Shown here in pieces: positions 1-10,430 of a stretch of 64,000 nucleotides of DNA. The position numbers and the translations under genes were made by a program. Position 1 is the stretch's first letter, and each line of letters starts with the position of its first letter. The notes below the pieces were generated by a model. The model was given only the letters and a program-made list of their open reading frames with translations, had not been told where the DNA came from and searched no databases. The stretch comes from an uncultured Gemmatimonadales bacterium (GTDB lineage: Bacteria > Gemmatimonadota > Gemmatimonadetes > Gemmatimonadales > GWC2-71-9): positions 608,001-672,000 of the forward strand of contig CAWJIM010000019.1 in NCBI GenBank assembly GCA_963842945.1, in the 5' to 3' direction.

Positions 1-810
1 TCGTAGGCGAGGATCGCCGCCGCCGCGGCCAGGCCGGCGTAGTACCAGAGCCCGAAGCCCATGCCATAGCCGAACAGCGCCAGGGCCGGGATGGTGATCC
101 CGTGCAGGAGCTTGGCGGCCAGGATCGCGCGCGGCTCACCCAGCCGCACCACGGCGCTCCTCAGGCCCTCCCGACGATCGAAGGCCTCGTCGGGGAGGGC
201 GTAGAAGATGTCGAACCCGGCCACCCAGGTCGCGACCGCGAGCGCCACCGCGAGGAGCGGCCAGGCCGGCGCGCTCCACCGTCCCGTCACCGCGAGGTAT
301 CCGCCGACCGGCGCGATCGCCAGGCTGAGGCCCAGCCAGAGGTGCGGCCACCAGGTGAATCGCTTGCTCAGGCTGTAGGTCAGGATCCACGCGAGCGCGA
401 CCGGGCTCAGCAGAAGACAGAGCCGGTTCAGCGCACCGGCGGCGAGCATGAAGATGGCGGAGGCCGCCAGCACCGAGGCCCACGCCTGGCCGAGCGTGAT
501 CGCGCCTCGGGGCAGCTCCCGCGCCATGGTGCGCGGGTTCCGGGCGTCGAAGGCGCGATCCGCGATCCGGTTGAAGCCCATCGCCGCCCACCGCGCCGCG
601 GAAAAGGCGATCACGACGAGGAGCACGAGTCTCGGCGTCACCGGGGCGGTCATCGAGGCCGCGAGCACGCCGAGCAGCGCGAACGGCAGCGCGAACAGGG
701 TGTGGGGCAGCTTGACGAAGTTGACGTAGCGGACGAAGAGCGACTCGCCGGCGAAGGTCTGACCTTCGGCGGACGGGCGGACAGGCGGAAGGGCGGAAGG
801 CTCGACTCAT
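1..810 (-). CDS. ubiA: UbiA-family prenyltransferase (MqnP-like, menaquinone pathway); 3' end outside the window, apparent frameshift just after the start
   Basis: An unlisted frame reads EGQTFAGESLFVRYVNFVKLPHTLFALPFA..MGFNRIADRAFDARNPRT..RELP (UbiA NxxxD motif). The ATG at 810 has a GGAG RBS but is one base out of frame. Confidence 0.88.
768..801. repeat. Tandem 8-bp repeat (GGCGGAnn) x4
   Basis: GGCGGACG GGCGGACA GGCGGAAG GGCGGAAG. Confidence 0.75.
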
Positions 811-2316
811 GAACCGTCGCTCCGCTGCCTCGCCGTCCGCCAGCGTGATTCCGAGCTTCGACCACATCTCATCAACGCGGCGCTTCGTCTCCTCGTCCAT
901 CACGATCCGCTCCGGCCACTCGCGATCGAACCCCTCCTCCTTCCACTTCCGCGTGCCGTCGATCCCCATCTTGCTGCCGTACGTGAAGCCACGACTGGAG
1001 TGATCGAGCACGTCCACCGGGCCCATGGTGAAGCGCACGTCGCGCTCGGGGTCGATGTTGTTGAGCGCGATCCACCAGGCCTCGTCGGGGTCCCGGACGT
1101 TCACGTCCTTGTCCACCACGACCATCACCTTGGCGAGCGACATCAGCCCCTGCCCCCAGAGCGCGTTCATCACCTTGTAGGCCTGCCCCGGATACTGCTT
1201 GTCGATCGAGACGAAGACCAGGTTGTGGAAGATCCCCGGCGCCGGCATGTGGTAGTCCACGATCTCCGGCACCGTGAGCCGGAGCAGCGGCAGGAAGATC
1301 CGCTCGGTGGCGTGTCCGAGGTAATAGTCCTCCATCGGCGGACGGCCCACCAGCGTCGCCGGGTAGATCGGGTCGCGCCGGGCGGTGACCGCCGTGACGT
1401 GCACCTTCGGGTAGTAGTCCGCCAGCGAGTAGAACCCGGTGTGATCGCCGAACGGTCCCTCGAGGGCCAGCGGCTCCGCCGGATCGATGTAGCCCTCGAG
1501 CACCAGCTCCGCCTCGGAAGGCACTTCGAGGTCGCAGGTGACCGCCTTCGTCAGGTCCACCGGCTGGCGCCGGAGAAAGCCGGCGAAGAGGAACTCGTCG
1601 ATCGTCGGGGGCAGCGGGGCGGAGCCGGAGTAGATGCTGGCCGGATCGCCTCCGAGGGCGATCACCACCGGCATGCGCTCGCCGGCGGCCGCCATCTCGC
1701 GCCAGTGCGCCGCCCCGACCTTGTGCCGCTGCCAGTGCATCGCGAGCGTGTTCCGGCCCAGCACCTGGATCCGATACATCCCGACGTTCCGGATCCCGCG
1801 GGCCGGATCGCGGGTGATGACCATGGGGAGCGTGATGTAGCGCCCGCCGTCGCCGGGCCAGGTCGTGAGAAACGGAATGTCGTCGAGGTTCACGGCATCG
1901 CCGCGCAGCACCACCTCCTGGCAGGGCGCGCGTCCGCCCCGCACGCGCGGCGGAAACTTCCCCACCTCGGCCAGCTTGGGCAGCATGGCCAGCTTGCCGA
2001 AGAGGCCCTCCGGGACCTTCATCTCCAGGAGCTCGGAGATCCTCCCGCCGATGGTCTCCAGGTCCTCCACGCCGAGCGCGAGGCACATGCGGCGCATGGA
2101 GCCGAAGAGATTGATGGCCACCGGATGGGGGCTCCGCCGCCCGTCCTCGAGCAGCACGTGCTCGAAGAGCAGGGCGGGCCCGCCGCCGGGGCTCTTCATG
2201 CAGCGATCCGCGATCTCCGCCACCTCCAGGCGCGCGCGCACCGGATGCGAGACGCGGACCAGCTCGCCCGCGGCCTCGATGGCCTGGAGGAACTCCCGGA
2301 GGTTAGCGAGCGCCAC
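807..2316 (-). CDS. ubiD: UbiD-family decarboxylase (MqnL-like); true stop uncertain, ORF runs on to 136
   Basis: EGPFGDHTGFY, RNVGMYR and GSKMGIDGT motifs; recognisable sequence ends near MWSKLGI. Confidence 0.92.
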
Positions 2317-2319
2317 CGA

Positions 2320-3048
2320 TTACACCCTCGTCCCGACGTGCAGCGCCGTCACTCCGCCCAGGTGCAGCCGGTAGCTCACGTCCGTGAATCCCGCGCACTC
2401 CAGGCGATGCACCAGCTCCGCCGGAGCGGGGAACGTCCGGGTCGACTCTGGAAGCCAGGTATAGGCACTCGTATGTTTCGAGATCAATCGGCCGATCCAG
2501 GGCAACACCCGGTTGAAGTAGAAGAGGTACAGGCGCCGGAGCCCCGGATGCGGAGGCAGGGTCATCTCCAGGATCACAAGGCGTGCGCCCGGCTTGAGCA
2601 CGCGCGCGGCTTCCCTGAGTCCGTCATCCAGGTCGACCAGGTTCCGCGCGCCCCATCCGACCAACGCTCCGTCGAAGGTCCGATCCGGAAACGGGAGGAC
2701 CAGCGCATCGGCGACCACCGGCGCGAGCCGGGGCGACTTGCTCCGGCCAAGGCTGAGCATGCGCTGGACGAAGTCGGCCCCGACGATCCGACCCCGGAAC
2801 CCGCGTCTGCCGGCGAGCATGGCGCCGAAGTCGAGGGTGCCGGCGCACAGATCCAGATACATTCCCTCCGGCGCCCGCTCCCACCCCAGTCGCCTCACCG
2901 CGTCGCGCCGCCACCGTTGATCCAGCCCCAGGCTGATGATGCGGTTGAGCCGGTCGTACGTGGGCGCGATGGCGGTGAACATATCGCGGACGTAAGTCCG
3001 CTTCTCGGGCCCGCCGGAAACGGGTAACTTACGATCCGAGGCTAACAT
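2320..3048 (-). CDS. ubiE: Ubiquinone/menaquinone C-methyltransferase
   Basis: MFTAIAPTYDRLNRIISLGLDQRWR, LDLCAGT and AYTWLPES motifs. Confidence 0.92.
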   Translation of the reverse strand: MLASDRKLPVSGGPEKRTYVRDMFTAIAPTYDRLNRIISLGLDQRWRRDAVRRLGWERAPEGMYLDLCAGTLDFGAMLAGRRGFRGRIVGADFVQRMLSLGRSKSPRLAPVVADALVLPFPDRTFDGALVGWGARNLVDLDDGLREAARVLKPGARLVILEMTLPPHPGLRRLYLFYFNRVLPWIGRLISKHTSAYTWLPESTRTFPAPAELVHRLECAGFTDVSYRLHLGGVTALHVGTRV

Positions 3049-3098
3049 AGGCGCAGAATGTAGTCCCGCCGCCGGAGCCTTGGCAAGCCGGACGGACG

Positions 3099-3701
3099 AT
3101 GGCTGAGGCGCCGGAATGGGCCCGGCTCACCGACCAGGAGGTCGTCCTGCTCGCCCGGGGTGGGCGGGAGGCGGCGTACCGGGAGCTGGTGCGTCGCTAC
3201 GAGCGGCCGGTGTTCGCTCTCCTCTACCGCATGGTGCGCGACCGGGAGCTGGCGGAGGATCTGGCGCAGGAGACCTTCGTCAAGGCGCTCAACGCCATCG
3301 ACTCCTATCGTCCGGAATTCAAGTTCTCGTCCTGGATCTTCAAGATCGCGAACAACGCGGCCATCGATCACCTCCGCCGCCGCGAGCTCGATACCCTCTC
3401 GCTGGACGGCTCGCCCCACGCGGAGACGCCGGAGGCGATGCAAGCCACCGCACTCCAGATCGGCGCGCGACAGGAGTCCCCGCTCGACGCGGTGGAGGCG
3501 AAGGAGCTCGGCGGGGCGATCGAGGCGGCCATCGGCCGGCTGCGGCCCGAGTACCGCTCCTGCATTCTGCTGCGCCATGTGGAGGGACGGGCCTACGAGG
3601 AGATCGCCGAGATCCTGGATCTCCCGCTGGGCACGGTAAAGACCTATATCCATCGCGCCCGCAACGAGCTGCGGCTCGCGCTGGCGCATCTGAGAGAATG
3701 A
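3099..3701 (+). CDS. ECF sigma factor (SigW/RpoE-like)
   Basis: AEDLAQETFVKA, FSSWIFKIANN and YEEIAEILDLPLGTVKTYIHRAR (regions 2 and 4). Confidence 0.95.
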   Translation: MAEAPEWARLTDQEVVLLARGGREAAYRELVRRYERPVFALLYRMVRDRELAEDLAQETFVKALNAIDSYRPEFKFSSWIFKIANNAAIDHLRRRELDTLSLDGSPHAETPEAMQATALQIGARQESPLDAVEAKELGGAIEAAIGRLRPEYRSCILLRHVEGRAYEEIAEILDLPLGTVKTYIHRARNELRLALAHLRE

Positions 3702-3725
3702 AACCTCTGCCCGACCCCGACCGTA
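3699..3725 (+). promoter_or_regulatory. Putative SigW-type ECF promoter overlapping the sigma stop codon
   Basis: TGAAAC-N17-CGTA upstream of the anti-sigma gene. Confidence 0.6.
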
Positions 3726-3738
3726 GGAGGGTCCACTT

Positions 3739-4335
3739 ATGACCCCGGCTCCCGGCCCCCACCTCTCGCCGGACGACGTCGAGCTCTGGCTCACCGGCAC
3801 CCTCGACGCCGCTCGCACCCGACACCTCGAGCTGTGCCCGGAGTGTTTCGACCGCGCCCAGGCCGAGCGGGAGATCGTCGAGCAGCTGGCCGCCCTACCA
3901 TTGATGGCACCGTCGCTCGGCTTCGAAGATCGGGTGATGGCGCGGGTCACCGTGGCCGATCCGTTCGCGCTCCGCTCGCTGCGGCAGCGGATCTTCGCGA
4001 GCCGCCGCTCCATGGCGATCGCGGCCAGCCTCGCGCTGGCGCTGGTCGGGTCGATGGCAGCCAGCGTCGCCTGGAGCCTGGCCAACCAGGAGATCCTGAT
4101 CTCCGCGGGCAACTGGGTCCTGGCGCAGGGTAGCCAGGCAGGGTGGTTCGCCCTTCGGGGTCTCGCCTCCAACTTCATCGAACAGCCGTGGTACGAGAGC
4201 GCACGCGCCTTCGCCGACCATCCGGGTCGTCTGGCCGCGGCGCTGGGCGCGCTCACGCTCACCTACCTGAGCGGGATGTTCGCGCTGCGTCGCCTGCTGG
4301 CTCTGCCGTCCCAGCAGGTGGCCCATGCCGCCTAG
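3739..4335 (+). CDS. Membrane anti-sigma factor with zinc-finger (HxxxCxxC)
   Basis: HLELCPEC motif, hydrophobic helices, directly after an ECF sigma. Confidence 0.85.
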   Translation: MTPAPGPHLSPDDVELWLTGTLDAARTRHLELCPECFDRAQAEREIVEQLAALPLMAPSLGFEDRVMARVTVADPFALRSLRQRIFASRRSMAIAASLALALVGSMAASVAWSLANQEILISAGNWVLAQGSQAGWFALRGLASNFIEQPWYESARAFADHPGRLAAALGALTLTYLSGMFALRRLLALPSQQVAHAA

Positions 4336-5627
4336 CGGCGCGGGGGCCCGCGCCCGCACTCTCGCGCGAGCACTGGCGCTGCTCGCGCTGCTGGTCCTGT
4401 CACCCCGCCTCGCGAGCGCCGAGCCCGTCGGTGCCCGCAGGGGAGACCGCCGTGCACCTGGTCCGGAATTTCTGGGACCTGGTCGCGAGTCAGCAGGGCG
4501 AGGAGCGCACGGCCCGTCCGGAGTCCCGGGCCATCGAGCCCGCGCCTCAGGGCGCCGCACCGGTCGACCTCAGCGACCTCTCCAACCCCGCCCGGATCGA
4601 GAGCCGCCTCAAGTCCGCGCTCGCACCGCGGGACGGCGCCGTCCGCCTGACCGTCTCCGAAGGCGCGGCGAGGCTGGGCGACTACCGGATCGGGGCCGCC
4701 GACGCGATCGAGGGTCACCTGCTCGTGGTGCAGGGCGACGCGGACGTGTACGGCCGCCTGCACGGCAACCTCGTCACGGTGGATGGCGACGTGATCGTGC
4801 ACCCGGGCGCGCTGGTCTCGGGCGACATCCTCGCGCTGGGCGGGATGGTGCACGACATGGGCGGGGAGATCGGGGGCGAAGTTCGGACGCTTCGTCACAC
4901 CTCGATCGTCGCGCCGCTGCGCGCCGTCGCCGCTCCGGAGCCGACCGCGCTGGAAACGATCGGCCGGAGACTCGCGGGCGTCGTCGGGGTGTTCCTCACG
5001 CTCGCCGTGCTCGGCTTCGGGCTGGTGATGTTCGGTCGCCCCAATCTCGAAGTGATCTCCGATACCGCCTCGCATTCCTTCGGCCGCGCCTTCGTGACCG
5101 GCCTGCTGGGACAGATCCTGGTGATCCCCACCTTCGGCATGGTGATCGTGGGCCTGATCCTGAGCGTGGCCGGCATCCTGCTGCTGCCGTTCGCGGTCGC
5201 GGTATACGCCCTGCTGGTGATCGTCGGGGCGCTGGGCGGTTTCCTGGGCGTGGCGCACGCGATGGGCGAGACCTATACCCGGCGCCGGATGGCACTGGGC
5301 GCGATGATCGGCTCGCCGAACAGCTATCGCTACCTCGTGGTGGGCCTGGGCGCCGTGGCGGTGCTGTGGCTGGCGTGGTCGCTCTTCGGGTGGGTGCCGG
5401 TGGCGGGCACGCTGATCGGGGGCGCGGCCTTCCTCGCGACCTGGCTGCTGGCCACGGCCGGCTTCGGCGCCGCCCTGCTCAGTCGCGCGGGGATCCGGGA
5501 GAACTTCGCGGGCCGCCTCATCCCGCCCGAGGCGCTCACCGACGAGTATCTCTGGGCCACCCCGCAGTTCGGAGTTCCCGCCGCGCGCCGGCCCGGCGGC
5601 GGGCGGACGCCCACGCGGGGGCTCTGA
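4325..5627 (+). CDS. Membrane protein with bactofilin-like repeats; frameshift near 4420-4440
   Basis: Signal peptide in one frame; GHLLVVQGDADVYGRLHGNLVTVDGDV repeats and several TM helices in another. Confidence 0.7.
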
Positions 5628-6472
5628 TGTACCGCGTCGCCCTCGCGGTGCTTGCCCTCGTGGCGGGCGCGACGAGCGCCTCCGCGCAGAGCATGCGCTC
5701 GTTCTCCACCTTCCGACAGCTCCACGGCGAGACCCGCCTGCAGGTGGGGCTCGACTACCGCGCCGGCGGCCTCCGGATCACACCGGGCCGCGCCAGCGAG
5801 CTCTACCGGATGGACGCATCGTACGACGAGGACCGCTATGCGCCCACCAGCACCTATGACGCCGCGCGTGGGATCGTGACCCTCGGGCTCCAGCCGGCCG
5901 GCGCGGGCGGCCTGCGGGTCGTCTCCACCCGTCAGCTCCGCCAGGACGCGACGGTGGCCTTCGCGCCCTCGGTAGACCTCGACCTCGCGCTCGCCCTCGG
6001 GGCGGTGCGGGCGGATATCGAGCTGGGTGGTCTCAACCTCACCGCGCTCACTATGGAAGCGGGCGCGAGTCAGGCCGTGGTCAGGTTCTCGGAGCCGAAC
6101 CTCTCGCGCTGCCGCGCAGCCGAGATCACGGCAGGGGCCGCCGAGCTCACGGTGCTCGGGCTGGGCAACAGCCGCTGCGACCGGTTCTCGCTCGAAGGCG
6201 GAATGGGCAAGATCACGCTCGACTTCGCGGGCGCGTGGACCTCCAGCACCGCGGCGGAAATCAAGATGGCCATGGGCGAGCTGACCCTGCGGCTTCCCCG
6301 GAACGTCGGCGTGCGGCTTACCCTCGACCGATTTCTCGCGAGCTTCGACCCGGCCGGGCTGGTTCGGACCGGGAAAGCCTTCGAGTCGCCCGGCTACGAT
6401 CGAGCCGAGCGGACGCTGGACATCGACCTGACGACGGCGGTGGGCGGGGTGAAGGTGGAGTGGGTGAAGTAA
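5627..6472 (+). CDS. Secreted beta-solenoid (toast-rack/LiaF-like) envelope-stress protein
   Basis: TGATG overlap, signal peptide MYRVALAVLALVAGATSASA, repeats such as IKMAMGELTLRLP. Confidence 0.65.
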   Translation: MYRVALAVLALVAGATSASAQSMRSFSTFRQLHGETRLQVGLDYRAGGLRITPGRASELYRMDASYDEDRYAPTSTYDAARGIVTLGLQPAGAGGLRVVSTRQLRQDATVAFAPSVDLDLALALGAVRADIELGGLNLTALTMEAGASQAVVRFSEPNLSRCRAAEITAGAAELTVLGLGNSRCDRFSLEGGMGKITLDFAGAWTSSTAAEIKMAMGELTLRLPRNVGVRLTLDRFLASFDPAGLVRTGKAFESPGYDRAERTLDIDLTTAVGGVKVEWVK

Positions 6473-6498
6473 CCGTACAGAGTCACTAGCTTCAAACC

Positions 6499-7110
6499 AT
6501 GTCCCCCCTCGAGACCCTGGGCTTCGCCCTCGGCACCTCGTTCGCGTCCGGCCTCAACCTGTACGCCACGGTAGCCGCCGCCGGGCTGTTCCAACGGCTG
6601 GGCATCGTGACCCTGCCCGAGCCCCTCGCGGTGCTCGCGCACCCGGTGGTGATCGGCGTCGCGATCACGCTGTTCGTGGTCGAGTTCATCGCGGACAAGA
6701 TCCCGTACGTGGACAGCGCCTGGGACGCGGTACACACTTTCATTCGTCCGCCCGCGGCCGCGATCCTCTCCTACAGCGCGTTCTCCGAGGGTTTTCCCGA
6801 GGAATGGAAGCTGGCAGCGGCATTGCTCGCCGGGAGTGTCGCCCTCACCTCCCACGGCGCCAAGGCGAGCACCCGCGCGGCGGCCAATGCCAGTCCGGAG
6901 CCGCTGAGCAACTGGACGCTGAGCGTGCTGGAGGACGGCTTCGCTGTATTCCTGGCCTGGATGGCGGCGGAGCACCCGCTCCTCACGGCGATGATCGTCG
7001 TGGTGCTGGTGATCCTCTCCGTGTGGGTGATCTGGACGCTGTTCGGCTACTTGCGGCGCGCGCTCGCGAGACTCAGGCAGGGCCCGGGGACTAGCCCAGC
7101 CGGGCCCTGA
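6499..7110 (+). CDS. DUF4126-family membrane protein
   Basis: SGLNLYA, EFIADKIPYVDSAWD and SVLED motifs. Confidence 0.85.
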   Translation: MSPLETLGFALGTSFASGLNLYATVAAAGLFQRLGIVTLPEPLAVLAHPVVIGVAITLFVVEFIADKIPYVDSAWDAVHTFIRPPAAAILSYSAFSEGFPEEWKLAAALLAGSVALTSHGAKASTRAAANASPEPLSNWTLSVLEDGFAVFLAWMAAEHPLLTAMIVVVLVILSVWVIWTLFGYLRRALARLRQGPGTSPAGP

Positions 7111-7849
7111 TCCTTCCTCCGACCCCCATCCCCAGCCGACGGGCCGCGGAGCCGTCCCGCACCGCGATCTCGACCTGGCCGCCCGACCCCAGATAGGCCA
7201 CCAGACCGCCGGTGGGCACGTCGCCGTAGGTGCGGCGGAGCGGTCCCACCTCGAGCCCTTCGACCTCGATCACGGCATAGGGCGGCACCAGCTCGGGTGT
7301 GAGGTTGGTGACCAGCGTGCCGAAGCGGTCCACGTACACCACCTGGCCCATCACGCTCTTGCCCTCGTGGTGCGGCTCCCGGTAGGCCAGCCGGACGGGC
7401 ATCCCGCCGAAGGGCGGGCCCAGCTCCGCGAGCGTGGCGCCCGCCGCCAGGGCGGCCGCCGCGGGCGCGAAGACGTCGCGTCCGTGGAAGGTCGGCGATG
7501 CGCCGTCGGGTGTCGGCAGGACGACGATCTGCACCTCGGCGTCGCGCAGGACCAGCGTGAACAGGCCGTTGTCGGGACCGACGAAGTAGTGCCCGTGCGC
7601 GGCGACGGCGAGCCCGGCGCGCCCGGTACCGACTCCGGGGTCCACCACGGCGAGGTGAACCGTGCCGCTGGGGAACCGCGGCCAGGCCCGGCCCAGCAGG
7701 TAGGCACCGGCTCGCACGTCGCCCGGCGGCACCGCGTGGGTCACATCCACCAGGGTGAGCCCCGGGGCGGCGCTCAGGAGCGCGCCCTTCACTTCGGCGA
7801 CGTAGGAGTCGCTGGTTCCGAAATCGGTGAGGAGAGTGACGAGGCCCAG
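7091..7849 (-). CDS. SAM hydroxide adenosyltransferase (DUF62, chlorinase/fluorinase superfamily); probable CTG start
   Basis: LLTDFG, VVDPGVG, GPDNG, TFHGRDVF and DRFG motifs. Confidence 0.9.
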   Translation of the reverse strand: MGLVTLLTDFGTSDSYVAEVKGALLSAAPGLTLVDVTHAVPPGDVRAGAYLLGRAWPRFPSGTVHLAVVDPGVGTGRAGLAVAAHGHYFVGPDNGLFTLVLRDAEVQIVVLPTPDGASPTFHGRDVFAPAAAALAAGATLAELGPPFGGMPVRLAYREPHHEGKSVMGQVVYVDRFGTLVTNLTPELVPPYAVIEVEGLEVGPLRRTYGDVPTGGLVAYLGSGGQVEIAVRDGSAARRLGMGVGGRIRARLG

Positions 7850-7855
7850 CGCGGG

Positions 7856-8965
7856 TCAGCCTCGGAGAATCGGCAGGGCGACGGCGCGGCCGGAGGTCTT
7901 GCGCTGAAGCTGGTCGGCCACCGCTTGAAGCTCCGCCGCCGCGGGGCTCGCCGGCTCGGCCACGAGGATCGGCTGACCCGCGTCGGCCAGCTCGGCCAGG
8001 CGAGGCTGAAGCGGCACGCTGCCGAGCAGGTCAACCCCCAACTCGTCGGCGAGGCGACGCCCGCCGCCGGAAGAGAACAGCTCGAACCGGCGGCCGCTGT
8101 CCGGATCCACGAAGCCGCTCATGTTCTCCACGATGCCGAGCACCGGCACGCCGACCCGCTCGAACATCCGGGCCCCGCGGAGTGCGTCGCCCACCGCCAT
8201 CTCCTGCGGCGTGGTGACGATCAGCGCCCCGGACACGTGGGTCGCCTGCACCAGCGAGAGCTGGGCGTCGCCGGTGCCGGGCGGGAGGTCCACGAGGAAG
8301 TAGTCCAGTGGCCCCCACTCCACGTCGCGCAGGAACTGCTGCACGATCTTCATGATGATGGGGCCGCGCCAGATCGCGGGCACGTCCCGCTCCACCAGGA
8401 AGCCCAGGGACATGAGGCGCACGCCGTAGGCCTCGAGCGGCTGGATCTTGCCGCCGACCACCGGCGGGCGCTCGGAGACCCCGAACATGCGGGGGATGTT
8501 GGGGCCGTACACGTCCGCGTCCATCAGCCCGACGCGCCGTCCCGCCGCCGCGAGCGCGACGGCCAGGTTGGCGGAGACGGTGGACTTCCCCACTCCGCCC
8601 TTCCCCGAGGAGATCGCGATGATCCGACCGAGGTCGGGCATCTCGGGCGCGGGCGGCGGCTGCGCCGGTCCGGCGTCGCCGGCACCGGGCGGGCCATGCG
8701 TCACCTTGGCCGGCCCCGAGGGGTTGCTCACCGCGATCTTGATCGCGTCCCGCCGCACGCCCTCGATCTCCTGCACCGCCGCGCGCGCCTGGCGCACCAG
8801 GGTCGCGGGATCGTCGGGGGCCAGCAGGAAGGTGAAGCTCACCGCGCCGTCGTCGCCTACGACGAGGTCGCGGACCATGCCGGCGGACAGCAGGTCGTTG
8901 TCGAGTCGGGGATTCCGGATGCGGGCGAGGGCGGCGGCAACCTGGGCTTGCAGCGGCTCCGCCAT
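7856..8965 (-). CDS. mrp: Mrp/NBP35 Fe-S cluster carrier ATPase
   Basis: SGKGGVGKST, DADVYGP, DLPPGTGD and ENMS motifs. Confidence 0.95.
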   Translation of the reverse strand: MAEPLQAQVAAALARIRNPRLDNDLLSAGMVRDLVVGDDGAVSFTFLLAPDDPATLVRQARAAVQEIEGVRRDAIKIAVSNPSGPAKVTHGPPGAGDAGPAQPPPAPEMPDLGRIIAISSGKGGVGKSTVSANLAVALAAAGRRVGLMDADVYGPNIPRMFGVSERPPVVGGKIQPLEAYGVRLMSLGFLVERDVPAIWRGPIIMKIVQQFLRDVEWGPLDYFLVDLPPGTGDAQLSLVQATHVSGALIVTTPQEMAVGDALRGARMFERVGVPVLGIVENMSGFVDPDSGRRFELFSSGGGRRLADELGVDLLGSVPLQPRLAELADAGQPILVAEPASPAAAELQAVADQLQRKTSGRAVALPILRG

Positions 8966-9195
8966 CAGACCGCCTCCACGTGCTTGACCTCGGGCACCAT
9001 CTCGCGGAGCCGCGCTTCGATGCCCTGGCGCAGCGTCACCGTGGACGCGGCGCAGCCGTGGCAGGTGCCACCGAGCCGCAGCAACAGCACGCCATCGCCC
9101 TCGTCGAAATCCACGACCTCGACGTGCCCGCGGTGGGACGCGATGTAGGGCCGGAGCGTGTCCAGCGTGCGCTCGATGCGATCAATCAGGTCCAT
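8965..9195 (-). CDS. NifU/Nfu-like Fe-S carrier domain protein
   Basis: LRPYIASHRGHVEVV and GTCHGC motifs. Confidence 0.9.
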   Translation of the reverse strand: MDLIDRIERTLDTLRPYIASHRGHVEVVDFDEGDGVLLLRLGGTCHGCAASTVTLRQGIEARLREMVPEVKHVEAV

Positions 9196-9233
9196 GCGCC
9201 ACCGGTCGCCGAATTCCTACTTCCATAGTCGGC

Positions 9234-9261
9234 AATATAGGTCGACCGGGGGGGCGGTCAA
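9234..9261 (-). promoter_or_regulatory. Putative sigma70 promoter of nfu-mrp-DUF62
   Basis: TTGACC-N16-TATATT on the minus strand. Confidence 0.55.
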
Positions 9262-10295
9262 CCGCGGGAAGAGGAGGGGCTGCCGTTATTCCCAAGGTAC
9301 TCGCGCGCGGCGGCGAGGACAGTCGTCTGCACCTGCGCCAGCGAGCCGGTGATCGCGAGCCCGGCCGCCTTGGTGTGTCCGCCGCCGCCGAAGCGCTTGG
9401 CGAAGGCGGCGACGTCCACCGGGCCGATGGAGCGGAGGGAGACCTTGACCCGGCCCTGGCTCACCTCGCGGAAGAGGAGCGCCATGCGCACGCCCTCGAT
9501 CGAGCGGGGGAACTCGACCACGCCGTCGAGATCGTCCGAAGAGACACCCAGCCGCTCGATCGCGCCGGGCGGCACCGTCACCCACGCGAGACCGTGCTCC
9601 GGCTCCACCACCAGCGTCTGCAGCGCCTCGGCGAAGAGCCGAGGGCGGCCCTCGGGCGCGCGGGCGTAGACCTCGAGGTAGATCTCCTCGGGGTCGACGC
9701 CGGTCTCGAGCAGCTCCGCGGCGATCCGGAGCGTGCGCGGGCGGGTGTTGCTGAACCGGAAGCCGCCGGTATCGGTGAGGATCGCGACATAGAGCCCGCG
9801 CGCCGCCGCCTGGTCGAGCGGCCAGCCGTTCGCGAGCGCCAGCTCGAACACCAGCTCGCCGGTCGCGGCGGCCTCGGAGTCCACGTAGCGCGGCCCGTCG
9901 GGCAGCACCCCCATCCCGACGTGGTGGTCGATGCAGCCGACCGGCACGCCCCGCGCGCGAACGTGCTCGCCCAGCATGCCGAGCCGGCCCAGGTCGCCGA
10001 TGTCGAGCACCACGATCCGGTCGGCGCGGCGGATCTCCTTCACCGCTTCCCCGGTCTTCTCCACTCCCGGCAAGTCCTCGAACAGGAACATGAACCGCGG
10101 CGGCGTGGGGGTCGGATTGGTGACCACGACGTCGACGCCGCGCGCCTTCAGCAGGTGAGCCAGACCCGCCTCGCTGCCGAGGCCGTCGCCGTCGGGATTG
10201 ACGTGGGTCGTGAGGCAGACGCGCTGTCCAGGATGGAACGTGGCGGCGAAGGCGCGCGCGGCCTCGACGCGGTCGGGGGGAAGCGAGAACGGCAT
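9258..10295 (-). CDS. nrnA: DHH/DHHA1 phosphoesterase (NrnA-like)
   Basis: HVNPDGD, IDHH, LTDTG and GGGGH motifs. Confidence 0.92.
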   Translation of the reverse strand: MPFSLPPDRVEAARAFAATFHPGQRVCLTTHVNPDGDGLGSEAGLAHLLKARGVDVVVTNPTPTPPRFMFLFEDLPGVEKTGEAVKEIRRADRIVVLDIGDLGRLGMLGEHVRARGVPVGCIDHHVGMGVLPDGPRYVDSEAAATGELVFELALANGWPLDQAAARGLYVAILTDTGGFRFSNTRPRTLRIAAELLETGVDPEEIYLEVYARAPEGRPRLFAEALQTLVVEPEHGLAWVTVPPGAIERLGVSSDDLDGVVEFPRSIEGVRMALLFREVSQGRVKVSLRSIGPVDVAAFAKRFGGGGHTKAAGLAITGSLAQVQTTVLAAAREYLGNNGSPSSSRG

Positions 10296-10342
10296 GTGGG
10301 GGAAGATAACGAAGGCGCGACAGGCGAACAGGCGGACTACGC

Positions 10343-10403
10343 TGTCATCCCGAGCGAAGCGAGGGATCATGCCGACTGGCGCCCTTCGCTCGCTCGGATG
10401 ACA
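10343..10403. repeat. REP-like palindromic element, copy A
   Basis: TGTCATCCCGAGCGAAGCGAGGG...CCCTTCGCTCGCTCGGATGACA. Confidence 0.85.
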
Positions 10404-10430
10404 GCGTGGGGCTGGTTCCTGCTCTCCTGT

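Noticed and set aside
4325..6472. 715-aa single ORF
   Set aside because: Chimeric reading across a frameshift; two genes meet at TGATG 5625-5629.
7091..7849. Fluorinase or chlorinase
   Set aside because: The TFHGRD motif, short length and housekeeping context fit the common DUF62 SAM hydrolase.
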